A DNA stretch of 62,636 nucleotides, the filler included, from Rhabdomonas costata (taxonomy: Eukaryota): NCBI GenBank assembly GCA_019059605.1. It is 18 parts of 18 records of this genome, joined end to end, with 100 filler letters (N's around TTAATTAATTAA, not from the genome) between each part and the next. Parts side by side here need not be neighbours in the genome. Positions count along the whole stretch, not along the records: positions 31,370 to 34,749 come from JAHMHO010000919.1; positions 34,850 to 38,228 come from JAHMHO010000920.1; positions 38,329 to 41,708 come from JAHMHO010000921.1; positions 41,809 to 45,185 come from JAHMHO010000922.1; positions 45,286 to 48,664 come from JAHMHO010000923.1; 13 more parts are not named here. One strand, given 5' to 3'. Position 1 is the stretch's first letter. Every line of letters begins with the position of its first letter. Below the pieces are notes generated by a model. It was not told where the DNA came from. It worked only from the letters and a program-made list of their open reading frames with translations, and did not search any database. Below are positions 34,220 to 46,751 of this stretch, one piece after another. Both the position numbers and the translations under genes were made by a program.

Positions 34220-34994
34220 CTGCCAAAACGATATAAAAACATAAGAGAAGAGAGCTGGAAAGCAAAACCACCCAGATTACTGGTGTGCGGGTATGATTCC
34301 CCGCAACACAGCTTTGGAGTTTTTCGTAGGGTGGGAACAAAAAATCCAAAATTCACGCGTTTCGTGAAGTCTCTCACGACTCACGATTCACGACAGCCCT
34401 TCATAAAAGCTCGAAGAGGGGACCTAATCTAGCGGCAGGCATTGATCTCAACCCATATAGTATCCTCTGTGAACTGCGCTGAAAATAACACCTACTTTTT
34501 GCACAAGCCAAGTGGCGGGGCACTCAAGGCGGCAACGGTTCTCGAAAAAAGCGAGCGCCCGTGCTTTTCTCCCTGCCCCCTCCCCCATTTCTGTGCACAC
34601 GAAGCAACGACCTGAGTTGCAGCGCCCTTGTCCTTCTCTTTCTCCTTCTCCGCCTTCTAGGAGACGTAAAAACGAAACAATCCACTGACACACGGAAGCA
34701 GCAACACGCACTAGCCCCATTTTCTGCAAAAGAGAGCAAAACCCGGATGNNNNNNNNNNNNNNNNNNNNNNNNNNNNNNNNNNNNNNNNNNNNTTAATTA
34801 ATTAANNNNNNNNNNNNNNNNNNNNNNNNNNNNNNNNNNNNNNNNNNNNTTTGTTTGGGTTAGGTTTTAAGTGAAACAACCAGCGCGTGTAAACTGACAA
34901 CACAAACTTCCATCTAACATCAAAAAATCGATAAAACCAGAAGCCGCGAAAAGGCACACAAGACACAGACCAGACACGTACAAAAAACACAGAC

Positions 34995-37260
34995 CCGCGA
35001 CGTAGGTGTTCTTATCCAAGCGGCGGTCTGGGTTGGCAAGGATGTAGTCCAGCACCAGAAGGTCACTCAGGGCGGGCAGTGGGCTGTCCGGACCCTGCCC
35101 CCACGCCCCCAGAGGCTGCCTAGGGTCAAACAGCGCACGAGGCGATGGAGCAGAGGAGAGCACCTCCTGCCACCGCGTATTGCCTAAACTGTGGACATCT
35201 GAGATCCACAGCTGCACCGAAACACCGACAGCGGTGCCGTTGCGGCGCGAGAAGTGGGCCCGGGTGGCGGGGTGCTGGAAGACGTCCGCTTGAACCTGTG
35301 GAGAGGTCCGACCCCTCACAATCTCCTTGTCCGCAGCAACCGTTGCACACCAATAAATGGGAGGATCACCTGCCAGACTGCACAATACATTGCTGATGAG
35401 CGTTAAGTACGAGGACATGACAAAGAATGACCTTTTGTCCTCGTGAGCCGAAGGTACAAACGAGCTATGGGTGACACGTTGCTCGGCTTTCAACGAATCA
35501 AACAGCGTGACACATGACTCCCCGTGAATCAATGATGATTGGCAGGAAATTAGCCTGCGAATCACTCGAGGCATCCCAAATATGTCCCCGAAAGGAAAAG
35601 ACTGCGATCAAAAGAATTAAAAAGTGCCTCGTCCAGCCACCACCCTTTCCCACAACGCCCCACAAACCCACTCCACGAAGCTCTTGTCCGCCCCCGCCAA
35701 ACTCTCGGTCAGAATCTTCTCTGGGAACTCCATCCAAGCAGTGGGTGGCACCTGAATGATAAGGCACTGTATGTGTGTATTTTTGTTTGGCTGAACCGTG
35801 AGGATACCGCTAGCAAGCTCAACACGAAAACCCACAAGACTCATAAGCGTCCCGCAACGTGAGCTGCCTCATGGGCATTTGCTGCTGAAAAAAGAAAAGA
35901 ACATTTTACCGTACATGCCCCCCCGTCATAGAACAGTATAGACCTCAGCATAAGCCAAAGAGGTCGTATTGCTCAGCTACAACCAGCGTACATGAGCTTA
36001 CACCCCAGCGTCAATAATGTCCAGCGTTAATAACATCTGGCATACAGAACAGCGGTACAAGGGCAGTTCTCGAAAGAAAAGAGTTAAATATATCAGCAGT
36101 TGAGGGCCACGGGCACCACTCTCCACAAAACACACCAGGCCCATCCTGAGAGTCCGGTCCACGACGAACGCCAGGTACTCGCTGTAGGGCTCGAACGGAA
36201 ACTTGCTCTGCGGCACCTTCACAATGGCGGTGACCCAGGGCGCGCGGTACCTGACTTTGTACTTCACCGTCCGGGCAAAGGCTAGGATGGAGGCCATCGG
36301 CCGCACACTGACGACGTTCCTTTTGTGATTTCAAATAGGAACAGAGAACATCGTGGGGGCCAGCGCTCCAGAGTGCTGATCACGAAAAGCCAGCCAAAAG
36401 CACGACAAAACCTGATTCGAGATAGTAAGCATTTTGGAGTTAGTAGGCATTTTGCTCAACCTTACCTTTCCTTCAAGATCCTTCAAGATCAAGGATCCAT
36501 AAGGACGACCTCCTTTTCTATTTGCAAAAAGAAATATATCCCAAAAATTTTAAGATTTTGCGGACATACCCTTCTGCAGAATGGACCTAACCAATTTTGC
36601 ACAATTCTTTTTTTGTTGCATTTTTCTATTGCGAACATCGTAGAATTCTTCGGCATCGCGCGGATAAGAGTGTGCCTGAACAAGACCTCACATACTTCAG
36701 CGTCACTCCGCAGTTCCACTAAAAATAAATTCCAAGCCTTGCAACCAATCAGGGTGAGATGTCCATCCAGGTGACTCTGGAAGCATCTCAACAGAAGCCT
36801 CGCGTGCTACACCTGTGGCCTCACCACGGTGAACTCTGGCGGATCCAGCTTGAAAGCTTAAGCCCAATAAGTCCGCCCTAATGGGTAAAAACGCCCGGTG
36901 AGGTGATGAATATTACAGGGTAGGGTAATGAGAGATTGGGCTGAAGAGGAGCCTTTCCTGAGGTCCGAGAGGTAAGCCAGGCAGCGCCTCTCCTGAGCTC
37001 GCGAGGTCACCACAATGCTGCTGTTGCAGGCCGAGGCGTTGGTGGGGGCACCACCCCCGCGGCTGCGGGTGGGTCGCAGGGAGAAGGGCAGGGCCCCGAC
37101 CCCAGTTCCAGAGATGGTGCTGGGCCGGGAGAGCCCGGGCATAGCCGGCTCAAGCCCAGAGAGGCTGGCCAGGCCAGCAGACCGACCCAGGGATGCGAGT
37201 GAGAGCTGGTGGGAACTGAAGGGCAGCGGCCGGGGGCAGCCCTCCTTGAGGCATTCATTG
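34995..37260 (-). CDS. Fam20C/Four-jointed-like (secretory pathway) kinase-fold protein, spliced, partial
   Basis: Exons at about 37260-36958, 36319-36136, 35751-35668 and 35295-34995. They read AIVKVPQ...EPYSEYLAFVVDRTLRMGLVPPTAW...VGVSVQLWISDV...LSDLLVLDYILANPDR. The E-x-x-AF-x-x-DR-x-L...VP and D-x-x-x-x-N-x-DR patterns fit the family. Confidence 0.65.
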
Positions 37261-38530
37261 CTCGGAGTCCTGTTATAGCAATCTTTTTTGCGTTTTTTTG
37301 GCTAACATTGAGCCCATGTCAAGGCGTTTTCTGCAGTTCACGGAAGGCTTTCATTTCTTGGGATGTCTTCTTGTGTTTGCCCCCCCCCCCTCACTTTAGT
37401 TATCTCACTGCGCACATCTCTCCTTGTAAAGGAAACACCCCCGTTTCTCCCACTCCCAGGGTTTCGTGCAATTCTGTATCTGTTTCCTGGACCAAGCTTT
37501 TGCGCTAACATTTCGGAGGATCTGGTTTCATTTCTTCCTTGCTTGTGTGTCTCCGCTCAATCAAGACTTTCACTCACATCTCGCGCGCTTTTAACCTGCC
37601 TCCCTTTACGGCACCATATGTAATTTTAACTTGTGATCTTCTATGCAGATAGGATATTCGAGACTTATACAAACCACGCAGTTCCATACTCTACGTTAAA
37701 TTGGCCATGGTCAGGGTTGAAATCAAAGAAAGAGATGGTTCAAAAGACAGCCTTCTAGCCTTCTATGTAGCCTAACATGGACATTCCTGAGCATGTTTCC
37801 TATGCGGTGTGAGGAAGTTCTCCCGGTGTGCGGATAAGCGTTGCTTAACAGGTGCGCAACCGTCGAGCCTGTGCGACAATTCCGTTTTCCAGGATTTCCA
37901 GCTCTTTTTTCCGGCTCCGAAGCCTCTTTTTCGTGAATGCAGGGACATGCATGCACCTCGCCGTGAACGTATTTCCCTTTTTGAACGCATTCACGGAACC
38001 ACAGCCGCACCCTTCAGCTCCCTCCCGCCCCGATATCCTTCTGAGGCCACAGCGCTTCGGTTGAACGCACTCAGCCAGGGCCGAGGCGAGGGATGGGTGG
38101 CCCGCTCCGTAGCTCTTTGGGGAAGGAAGTCCGGCAACAGGCCACCGGGGGCACCCCCCGCCCGTGAGCGAGAGGAGTGGTAGAGCACAACCTGCACCGT
38201 CAGAAAGAGTCCCACACACCACCAAACANNNNNNNNNNNNNNNNNNNNNNNNNNNNNNNNNNNNNNNNNNNNTTAATTAATTAANNNNNNNNNNNNNNNN
38301 NNNNNNNNNNNNNNNNNNNNNNNNNNNNGGGGTTTGTGGTTCCTAGTGCTGACGTCTCGGCAATTCTTTGGGCAATTTGTTTTGGTATCCAAGATAAGGC
38401 TGGTGTGTGGTTTGCAATGCTGTCGTTCTCCATTATTGGAATATGGATTTATCCGAAGACTGCCTTGGTGTTCACTCCGCCCACGGTTTCTGTTGCTCCT
38501 CCACCGTCACCGCTCACCTCCCCACCCCAG

Positions 38531-41421
38531 GAGCGAGTCCCCACGTCGAAGACTTCGACGGGGCCACGGCCGCGAAGTGGGCCAGGACGGCAGGGCTGAC
38601 GGAGCTGGAGTGGCAGCTGAATGAGGCTGGTGTGGGCACATTTAGCCCCCCCTCATGTCATCTTCTTCCTGTCATTCTTTCACATCCCCCGCTCGTGGCA
38701 GTTCCCTGGTGTGTTGCACAAGTAGCTAGAACGATGGCTTTCGGTGCGTGCAACGATCTCTTTCTTCCTTTCTTCCTTTTCGAATTGTTTTCGCTGCACT
38801 GTTGTGGGAAACATCCATGGACTTGGCCCTGGGCTTCGCTCTGGAGGGCATGGCTTATCAGGACCGTTTGGTCCTTGTGCCAGGGTCATGTGGGGGACGC
38901 GGGGAACTCCATTTTACCAGTTCGGTGTAAAATTCACGTTTCAGCCTGGGACACCACATTTGCCGTATGGCGTTTCACCCACAGCGCGCAAGGTCAGCGC
39001 TGCGGCCTCCTTGCCTCCTCCAGCTCAGCTTGAGCAGATGGTGCTTGACCTGCAAGGTGCGCCATCCTTCACCTCGTCCTTACTTGGGTGCCGCCTTGGT
39101 GGGAGAGAGGGGGGTGCGTAGCACTTGGCTTGGACCCTCTCCCTTCGTGTGTGGTTGCGATGAACTCAGCTATGGGGTCTCCTGCCATTGCTCTGCATTT
39201 TGTTGCAGCTGGAGTGCTTCGGTTCAGACTGGATGGCATCAAGATACTTTTGCCCTATCTGGGTCGTAGGGTCGTAGGAATAGGTGTGATGGTGACAAAT
39301 AGCAACAACTGACCCACACATTAATGCAGCGTAAAGTATGTCTCATGGCTACTTTATCAGGATTGAATGTGAGCTCCCTGTCATTGTTTATAGTGGCAAT
39401 GTGTGCACAACGGCGGCTTGCTTTTCAATCTCAGCGGCCCGTTTTGAATTCTGGGGAAATGAAAGGCTCATTTTGTTTCGAACGCAGAGCAGCTCAGTGA
39501 GGAGCAAAGGAAAGCCGCTATGGTTGGGTAGAAGATGCGGCGCTACCAGCGCCTGGACACGCTGGTGCAGGACCTCCTGGACGAGAACCAGCGCGTCACC
39601 ACAGCAATGAGCAACATCCAGAAGGCCAGGCACAGGATCGACGCCACGGTAAAGATGCTCGAGGCTCACACCGCGGAGTCTCGTATGCTTGCCCCTTCCC
39701 TTCCTCGGGTCTCTTGTGAAGATCATCCGCGGGTTGATGGCAACACCCGCTCAATATCTTCCACAGCCCATAGAGCCCAAAGCGTTTTTCGTGAAGGGCC
39801 TAGATTCAACTCAGCGTCGGGGTTTTTGTGCGCGTGTGTCCAATTGATGCCGTTTTTTGTAGCGTCTGTCCCCCCCCCAATGAAAAGAGTCCCGAAACCT
39901 GCTGGTTTGTAAGGGCAAGCTGTGTGCACACGAGGTCGGCCGTCGCCGTGTGGTTTTGTCATTTTAGTTCCTGTTCAATAGATCAGAGGTACCTTGATGA
40001 AGTCAGGGACCAGCTATACTTTGTGGTGGCTTCCCTGCTGCGCAAAGCCGCTTACATGTTCAGTGTTTTCCGCTGTGCAGTTGGGACGGATGTTCGTGGG
40101 GCTGCGGCCGCCGTGGGGCAGCGCGGCGGGGCGTCACAGAAGCCGGCTAGGAGGGACCCTGCCGAGGTGCTTGCGCTTCGGCGGCAGGCCCTGGCGAGCA
40201 TCTCCAATGGCTTCGAGAGTCTCGGCATCGGGGGGATGGATTCTTCTGTTGCCAAGTCCCGTGCCTCCTCCCCCGTCCTCGCCCCACCACCCAACAAGGC
40301 CCTGTGCGGTTCTTCTGCATCTCCTCCTAAAGCGGTTTTGACAGATTCGACAGGAACTGATTGTTTTTGGAGGGCTTGGTCCATGAGGCAGCACCAGAAT
40401 TTCGGTTTCTGGGCTGGGCAGACAGCGTAAAGCGTAATAGCAGTGGTCCCCCCCCCCCATTGTTCTGTTCGTGCCGTTGCTCTGAGTCTGGGGGTTTTCG
40501 ACCGTGGGTTGCCCACGTTTCATCTGAGCACTGGTCGTCCGTAATCTGAGAAAATGAACGGCGTCAATGGGGAACCATAGGGAATTATCCTTGCAAGACA
40601 AAGCGCCGGTGATACTCTGAAATGGATTCTGTCCGCTTTTGTGGCCTTCTTCTCGCAGGTTAGTGGAGGAAGTCCTGCTAACGCGAGCCCTATCCGAGGA
40701 GGACCGTGTGGCCTTTGGCGTGAAACACTGCAAAGGAGTCCTGCTGCACGGCCCCCCGGGAAATGGTTACCCTTTGTTCCCTTTGCCCTGGGGGAGGATT
40801 TTTGTGGGCGATCTCCCCGCAGAGGCTCAGTGCATTCGCAAGAGGAATTCTCTGACACACCTCGGATCACGAGCAGTCGTGTCGACGGGTTTGTGAGCAA
40901 GAGAGTCGTTCTGACTGCCCCCTATACGAGATCACTGTCGAAGTTCTATTTTCAAGGTCCTTTTTGAAAGCACCCCTGCGGTACAGCCATGTGAACTCAT
41001 GTGTATTCATTCTTGTGGATCATGCTTGTCAGGTATCTCTGCTAATTGTGCATATAGAAGCACACCTAACACTCTGGAAGGAGTTCAGTGGGTTTTTTCG
41101 CGCTTCAGGGAAGACTCTGATTGCCCGCTGCGCGGCGCAGCTTTTGCAGTGTCAGAATGTCACTGTGGTCAGCGCCAGTGAGGTCGACTCAAAGTGGTTT
41201 GGAGAGGTTCGCATTGTGTTGTCTTGTGAGGGGTTGCGTGGGGGGAATAGCATTGCTGGGGTGCTGGGGTTGCAGAAGGTTGGCTTCCTTTTCTTTTCTT
41301 TTCTTTTCTTTGCAATGGGCAAAAAATGAGGAAAAAGCTATTCCCAGTGTGATTTGCTTTCTTGAACAGGCAGAAAAGAACGTGAAGAACCTCTTCGCAC
41401 CCGCTGCTGCTGAGTGGAAAA
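38531..41421 (+). CDS. Ankyrin-repeat plus coiled-coil plus NSF/Sec18-like AAA+ ATPase, spliced, partial
   Basis: Exons 38531-38625, 39532-39682, 40081-40255, 40659-40765, 41109-41206 and 41370-41421. The first encodes GASPHVEDFDGATAAKWARTAG (ankyrin-like). Later exons give [33 protein letters not shown] (Walker A) and SKWFGEAEKNVKNLFA. Confidence 0.8.
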
Positions 41422-42011
41422 GTTCTTTTTGGATCGCCCTTCGACCCCCTCCTCTCCTCGCCCTTCCGATTTTTGCGTGTCCCTCGCCAATTTTGCCTGC
41501 CCTGTGCCACATTTCAAGCATTTCCGGGCAGTTTCTCAATCGTGAACTTGCTACGAAAAGCGCGCACGTTTTATTTCAGCCGTGAAACACACACAAACTC
41601 AAGCGCAAAGATGAAAACACACAGAGAGACTACTCGGATCGGATAGTCATTTTTTATACAGCGAGCCCTGCACGACAATGGTGCCTCGTTGTTAAACGAC
41701 AAAACAAANNNNNNNNNNNNNNNNNNNNNNNNNNNNNNNNNNNNNNNNNNNNTTAATTAATTAANNNNNNNNNNNNNNNNNNNNNNNNNNNNNNNNNNNN
41801 NNNNNNNNGGTTTGTTGTTTTCTTTTGACTTCACGCCATAACGCAATCCAGTATAAACTGGACATGCTGGGGCATGGCTGGAGAAGGTCTGTGCTAACAG
41901 ATAAGATAGGGTGGTGATGGTGGTGGTGACTGTTGATCGTTTTTCAGCAATCCATCAGCATGGTCCTGTTTTGCCTTTCTATGGCTTTGCCCTGTGTGTG
42001 TGTGTGTGCAG

Positions 42012-43193
42012 ATTCTCGTCGATAGCACGGTTTACTCGCAAATTCAGTTCACCGTGCAGTGCCGGCTGGCGCTGATCCTGCCGCTGTGGGAGGGCAAGTC
42101 TGAAAAGGCCTACGAGGTTCTTGCTGGCGCCCGCCAAGCCGACGACGAGTGGATGTACGAGCTCACCGAGAAGGTTCGAGCATATAAAGTACTTGGCTTA
42201 GGCTCACCTATCCGGCCACCTGTATAGAGGCAGCCTCATTGAAAGTTGCCACAGATAATTCCAGAAGAAGAGCCCAAAAATTATCGGTGTCCCCGATTGG
42301 TTTCATCGCTCCCTGACCACAGGAAGTTGCTGCGGGGGAGGGGGGCAGGGTGTAAGTGCACAGCCGTAAGAGATAGTTCCGATGTGTTCACTGAGCGAAC
42401 CCCCGCGTTTCCAAACAGGGCTCTGGCCATCACCAAAACGTAGTGTGCACAATGTAGGGAATGTGGTGTTCTCCTCTCAGCCGTTTGCATGTCCCGACTA
42501 AGGAGAACACCCAACATCACCGGTCATTATGGATTTCATGGATTTCATCAGCCAGCAGACGCGCTTCAAGCGTACCTCCTTGTGGTTCCTACAGTTAAAC
42601 TCGCGATTTTACTGACAAGAGAAAGACGCGGCGCTGGGTCACCTATCCGGCATGCTATGGTAAGTTTGGTTCGGTTTCAGGGGGTTAGGTCGCCATACAC
42701 GTGGGGGGAGGGGGAGTTGGCAAAAATTGATCCCACCCTTTCCACACGGTGCTCAATTGAACGAGAAGATTACATGCACCCACGCTCTGGTTTCCCCGTG
42801 CTTTACCAACGCAGCTTTTTAGCGAGTCGCACCGCTCAATTCGTGCATTCTAACGAACGCAATAGTCGTTGAGACCTCTGCAAAGCATCAGAACCGCATC
42901 AAAATAATAAGGAAAATGAGCGAGCCCAGCACGTCAGCTTCGAGCTCGGAGTGCGGGGCTTGCTCTACTCTACGGATCCCGGTCCCAGTGGCTCCTGCAG
43001 CAGTGGCGGCTCCGGTGGCGGAGGTAGCGTGACCCACTTTGAGAATCACCTCGCCACCCACCCCGACGACCGCGCCGCGCTGTGGTACCGCGACAACACC
43101 CGCAAGTGGGCTGCCCTGCGGCACTCCGAGTGGGGTATGACAGCCCCACTGGGTCTGCAGCTGCTCAGCTCGGCCCCTCCTACTGCGACTTAA
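42012..43193 (+). CDS. Class III adenylate/guanylate cyclase-like protein, C-terminal exons
   Basis: Exon 42012-42173 encodes ILVDSTVYSQIQFTVQCRLALILPLWEGKSEKAYEVLAG...DEWMYELTEK, resembling the end of the cyclase domain (ILvs...R...GK...YE). The last exon, about 42912-43193, has a TPR-like tail (FENHLATHPDDRAALWY) and a TAA stop. Confidence 0.5.
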
Positions 43194-45434
43194 ACACACT
43201 GTCACAGACGCTGCTCCATTCCCTTTGGCTCCCTACATTTTCGGATCGCTGTCCCATAGCCTATATGCCTTTTCTTTTCGCTCTGGCAACGGCTCCACGT
43301 GGCAGTGAATCCACACACACTCATCACTTATCCACACACATCCAAGACAGCGGCGAAGGAAGCCGCTCCCAATTCTGCAAACACGCACATACACTTTCAC
43401 ACCAGATTCAGCTCCACCTCAATCACCAATGAGCTGTGCACCTCTCTGAGCAGCAGAGTTTGCTTTTGGTATCTTCTGAACCTCCAGCAGTGCCCAGCTC
43501 AGCCTGCACTTCTTCTTCTCCTCCTGCAGCAGCTGCTGCTTTTTGTTGTTCATCGTCTTCTTCAGCAGTGACTCTTCTCCGGTGCTGGGTTCGTAGAAAG
43601 GGATATCTTGAAACAGCTTGTGTGAATGTCTTCCTGCCCTCCGATTTGTTTCTTTTTCTTGCCTGCCGTAGCTTCTGGGTGGGTTTTCCAGTGCACCACT
43701 TTGCCCTCCGCCTTGTTTCTCTCTTCCATGCATTTTTTAATCGGTCAGTTGCACTCATGGTTTTCCATTTGTAGCCTGGACCTGAAAGGTCTCAAATGCC
43801 TCTCCGTCACTCATCTCATGCACCGGGTGTTTCAGGGGGCTTCTGGAGGAAGATCCATTTCGAGTGATTCTGGGTGGACGGTTGGTAAGCAAGCAAATGA
43901 GAGTATTGCTGAGGCGGAGTGCTATCGATTTGAGGGATTCGCGGCATCGCAGATTCTCAGAGCGTCCTGTTTTTTGCGTGGTGCTAGTCTTTTCCTCGCG
44001 GGTGCGTTGCTTTTTGTATATCTGTGAGTGGGCTTGCTCAAAGCTGCATTACCATTTCGCACCATTACACCATAAATGAGGAAACGATGTTGACACAGTT
44101 TGTACGTTAAGAGTGTGGTGAGAAAATTGAGAGATGTCATTCGTGACCGAAATTCTTGGTGCGATACCGCAGTGGTTGTCCCGCCTTTTCTTTAATTTTC
44201 AGTCCTCCAGTGGGGCGGACGTTTTGGCGGGGAATTTGCTGGCACCATGACGTTGGAGCCCACAGAAGCTCATCGATCTGCCAGTGAGAGCTGGAAGATG
44301 ATGTCTGCGTATGTGGGGCTCGATCCTCCTGGGGCTTGTCCTTGTTGCAGTGTTTGGTCCTGTTTTTTTTGTCATGCTCTTGCTTCCGGCACTGACCCTC
44401 CCCCACCGATCCCCCGCGCACAGCTGGAGCTCCTCTCTCCATGTGTGATACACCGTGATACCGTTTCTCTGGTTTCGGTGCGCGTCAGTCCCTTCTCACC
44501 TTTGAGCGCAAGACTCCACCAGCTTTGTTCTGCTCACAGTGCGTTAACCGGAGGCCGCCCATGCGGAGGTGCGCGCGGTAGGAGCATGATGTGCGCGTGC
44601 GTGCGTGATTGGGTGGGGCGGGGTGGGGTCCCATGGTTCCGCATCAAAGTTCTAGCACGAAAAGGCAAATTAAAGTAGCAAAGAAGCGGCGGGAAACATA
44701 CCAGCGCGAGGTCAGGCCCGCCAACCCCAGCAAGAAAGTTCGAAGCGAATTGCGCAATGAAGCATTGAAGCAGCAGAATAGCAACGGAATGGCATAAAGA
44801 AGACACACGGACACAGACCCAACACAAGGCGACACCACACCCCACACTCCCACCCACGCACTCACACCACAACGCAAAGGGTAAGGCAAGTAGGCACACG
44901 AAAGAGACCAGTTTTCAAGCAGCGATGCCGCACAGAAGTTTAAGGTAATCCCTGCCCATCTGTGCCTGGCTCGTGTTTCTGATGACATTGGCACGCTGGG
45001 CAATTCTTTCCGGCGCCAGCCAAACCGGGCACTTTCCCAGACGCGCCCGGAAAAAAATACGGACTTACATACAACGCCCCAAAAGCACCTCAGCAAATGC
45101 GCCTGCGTCCCGGCACGCGGTTTATCTAATTTCTCGTGTTTCCATTGCCGCGTTCCCTTTTTGAGCGACCGCTGCCCCAACCAACNNNNNNNNNNNNNNN
45201 NNNNNNNNNNNNNNNNNNNNNNNNNNNNNTTAATTAATTAANNNNNNNNNNNNNNNNNNNNNNNNNNNNNNNNNNNNNNNNNNNNTTGTTGTTGTCAGAT
45301 GCGAAGATATAAAACGGCTGTGAGAGACACCCGAAGTGCTTTGGGGACGGGCAAAACGTCAGTTTTCAACATTTCTGTCCCTGATCCTGGATGATGCAGC
45401 GAAAAAGTAACGGAAAAGGGCCACGGGTCTCCAC

Positions 45435-46751
45435 CTGGTAATCAATGTCGATCTTGCCCATCTTGGGCTGAATCTTGTCCTTTGCCTTATGCTTCTGCTT
45501 CTTCAGCTCCTCTCGTTGCAGATAGTTCTCCCGGATCTTCGAGATGCCCGTGTCAGCGATGAACGCTGTACAATCACCACCAGAATGCAGATAAACTTCC
45601 TCAAACAGGACGACTTGAGTTTTTTTTAAACGCAATGAAACGCTGAACGCTAACCGCACCGTGTCGAATTTTTATTTTGCAACAGCGGTGGAAACGAGAA
45701 AGACGGGTACGCGGAAGTCACACCTGGTAGCTCGAAGGGCGGCTTCTCGATGCCGCGCTTGCCCTGCAGATACTTCCGCTTGTGAGACCAGTGCCTGGGT
45801 ACAGGTACGGTGTTGCGGTAAGACTTGAGGTACACCAGAAGCTTGGGGTCCGCGGCGGACGCGTCGTGCACTTCCACCACGTCAGGTCGTGCAACGAGCT
45901 GCTTCAGCTGCGCCACGTCCAGCCTCTTCAGCTTCTTGCGCTGCTTCCGACTCAAGGGCTTCTGCGGAGTGATGGGAAGGAGCACTCCGGCCAAATGAGA
46001 AAAGCAAAGTGCTAGCAGCACTTTTTTCTGAATAATTTCTTTTCACACTGCTTCTTTCTTTTTCTGAATATGCAGGTGTGCGCGTCAGAGAGAAAGAGAA
46101 AGAGAAAGAGAAAGAGAAAGAGAAAGAATGAAGAGACAAGAGAAAGACAAACGCTCAAAACCATGAGAAACGTTACTCGCTTGGCATTCGCGTGTGAACG
46201 TATGGTTTCCGAAATCTTCAGACACGCACTGTTTTCAGTCCTTTCCTCTGCGGAAAGGACATGGAAAATCATTACAGAAAAAGGGCACACATCTCCTTGT
46301 GCACAACTTGCAAAGGAAAACATGCGATGTCCACACGTCCAGACAAGAACATGTGACGCAAAGTACACCTCAGTCAAGGCGTTCTCATCGGGACGCTTAT
46401 CATCTTCATCTACAAGCGCAGCAGAGGCGGGCTCTCGGACCTCTTCCTGGACCTCTTTAGGCTGGAACTTGGCGAAGACATCGCCGAAAACGGCATAGCT
46501 GGGATCGCTCTCATCAATACCTGAGAAGACGCGATCCAGTGAAACGAAACATCAGAGAGCAAATCGTTCGGTTGCTAACCTCTATCCCCCTGCCAAGCAC
46601 AGCCCACCTGACAAAGGGCACACGACATACCATAAGTGATGTATTCAATCTCGAACAGGGGATCTTTTTCCTCAGGTGGTGGCTGCGGTTCCGAATGACT
46701 CTTCTGCTTCTTGTGTCGCTTTCTTGGAGCGGCATTCTTGTTTTTGGAGCC
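45435..46751 (-). CDS. SF3B2: Splicing factor 3B subunit 2 (SAP145/Cus1), partial
   Basis: Exons 46751-46631, 46520-46369, 45961-45724 and 45565-45435 read LKQLVARPDVVEVHD...DPKLLVYLKSYRNTVPVPRHWSHKRKYLQGKRGIEKPPFELPAFIADTGISKIR...QPKMGKIDIDYQ. Confidence 0.95.
46087..46128. repeat. (AGAAAG)n microsatellite in an SF3B2 intron
   Basis: About six tandem hexamers. Confidence 0.85.

Noticed and set aside
39488-39531. In-frame TAG in EQLSEEQRKAAMVG*KMRRY suggesting stop-codon reassignment or a 9-nt intron
   Set aside because: A simpler reading is that this TAG is the acceptor, joined to a GC donor at 38626 (LNE|KMRR). No other reconstructed conserved exon needs read-through.
46049-46063. Possible 15-nt microexon (KKKEA) in SF3B2
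   Set aside because: The flanking exons already join in frame and the region is poorly conserved, so it cannot be supported without cDNA.
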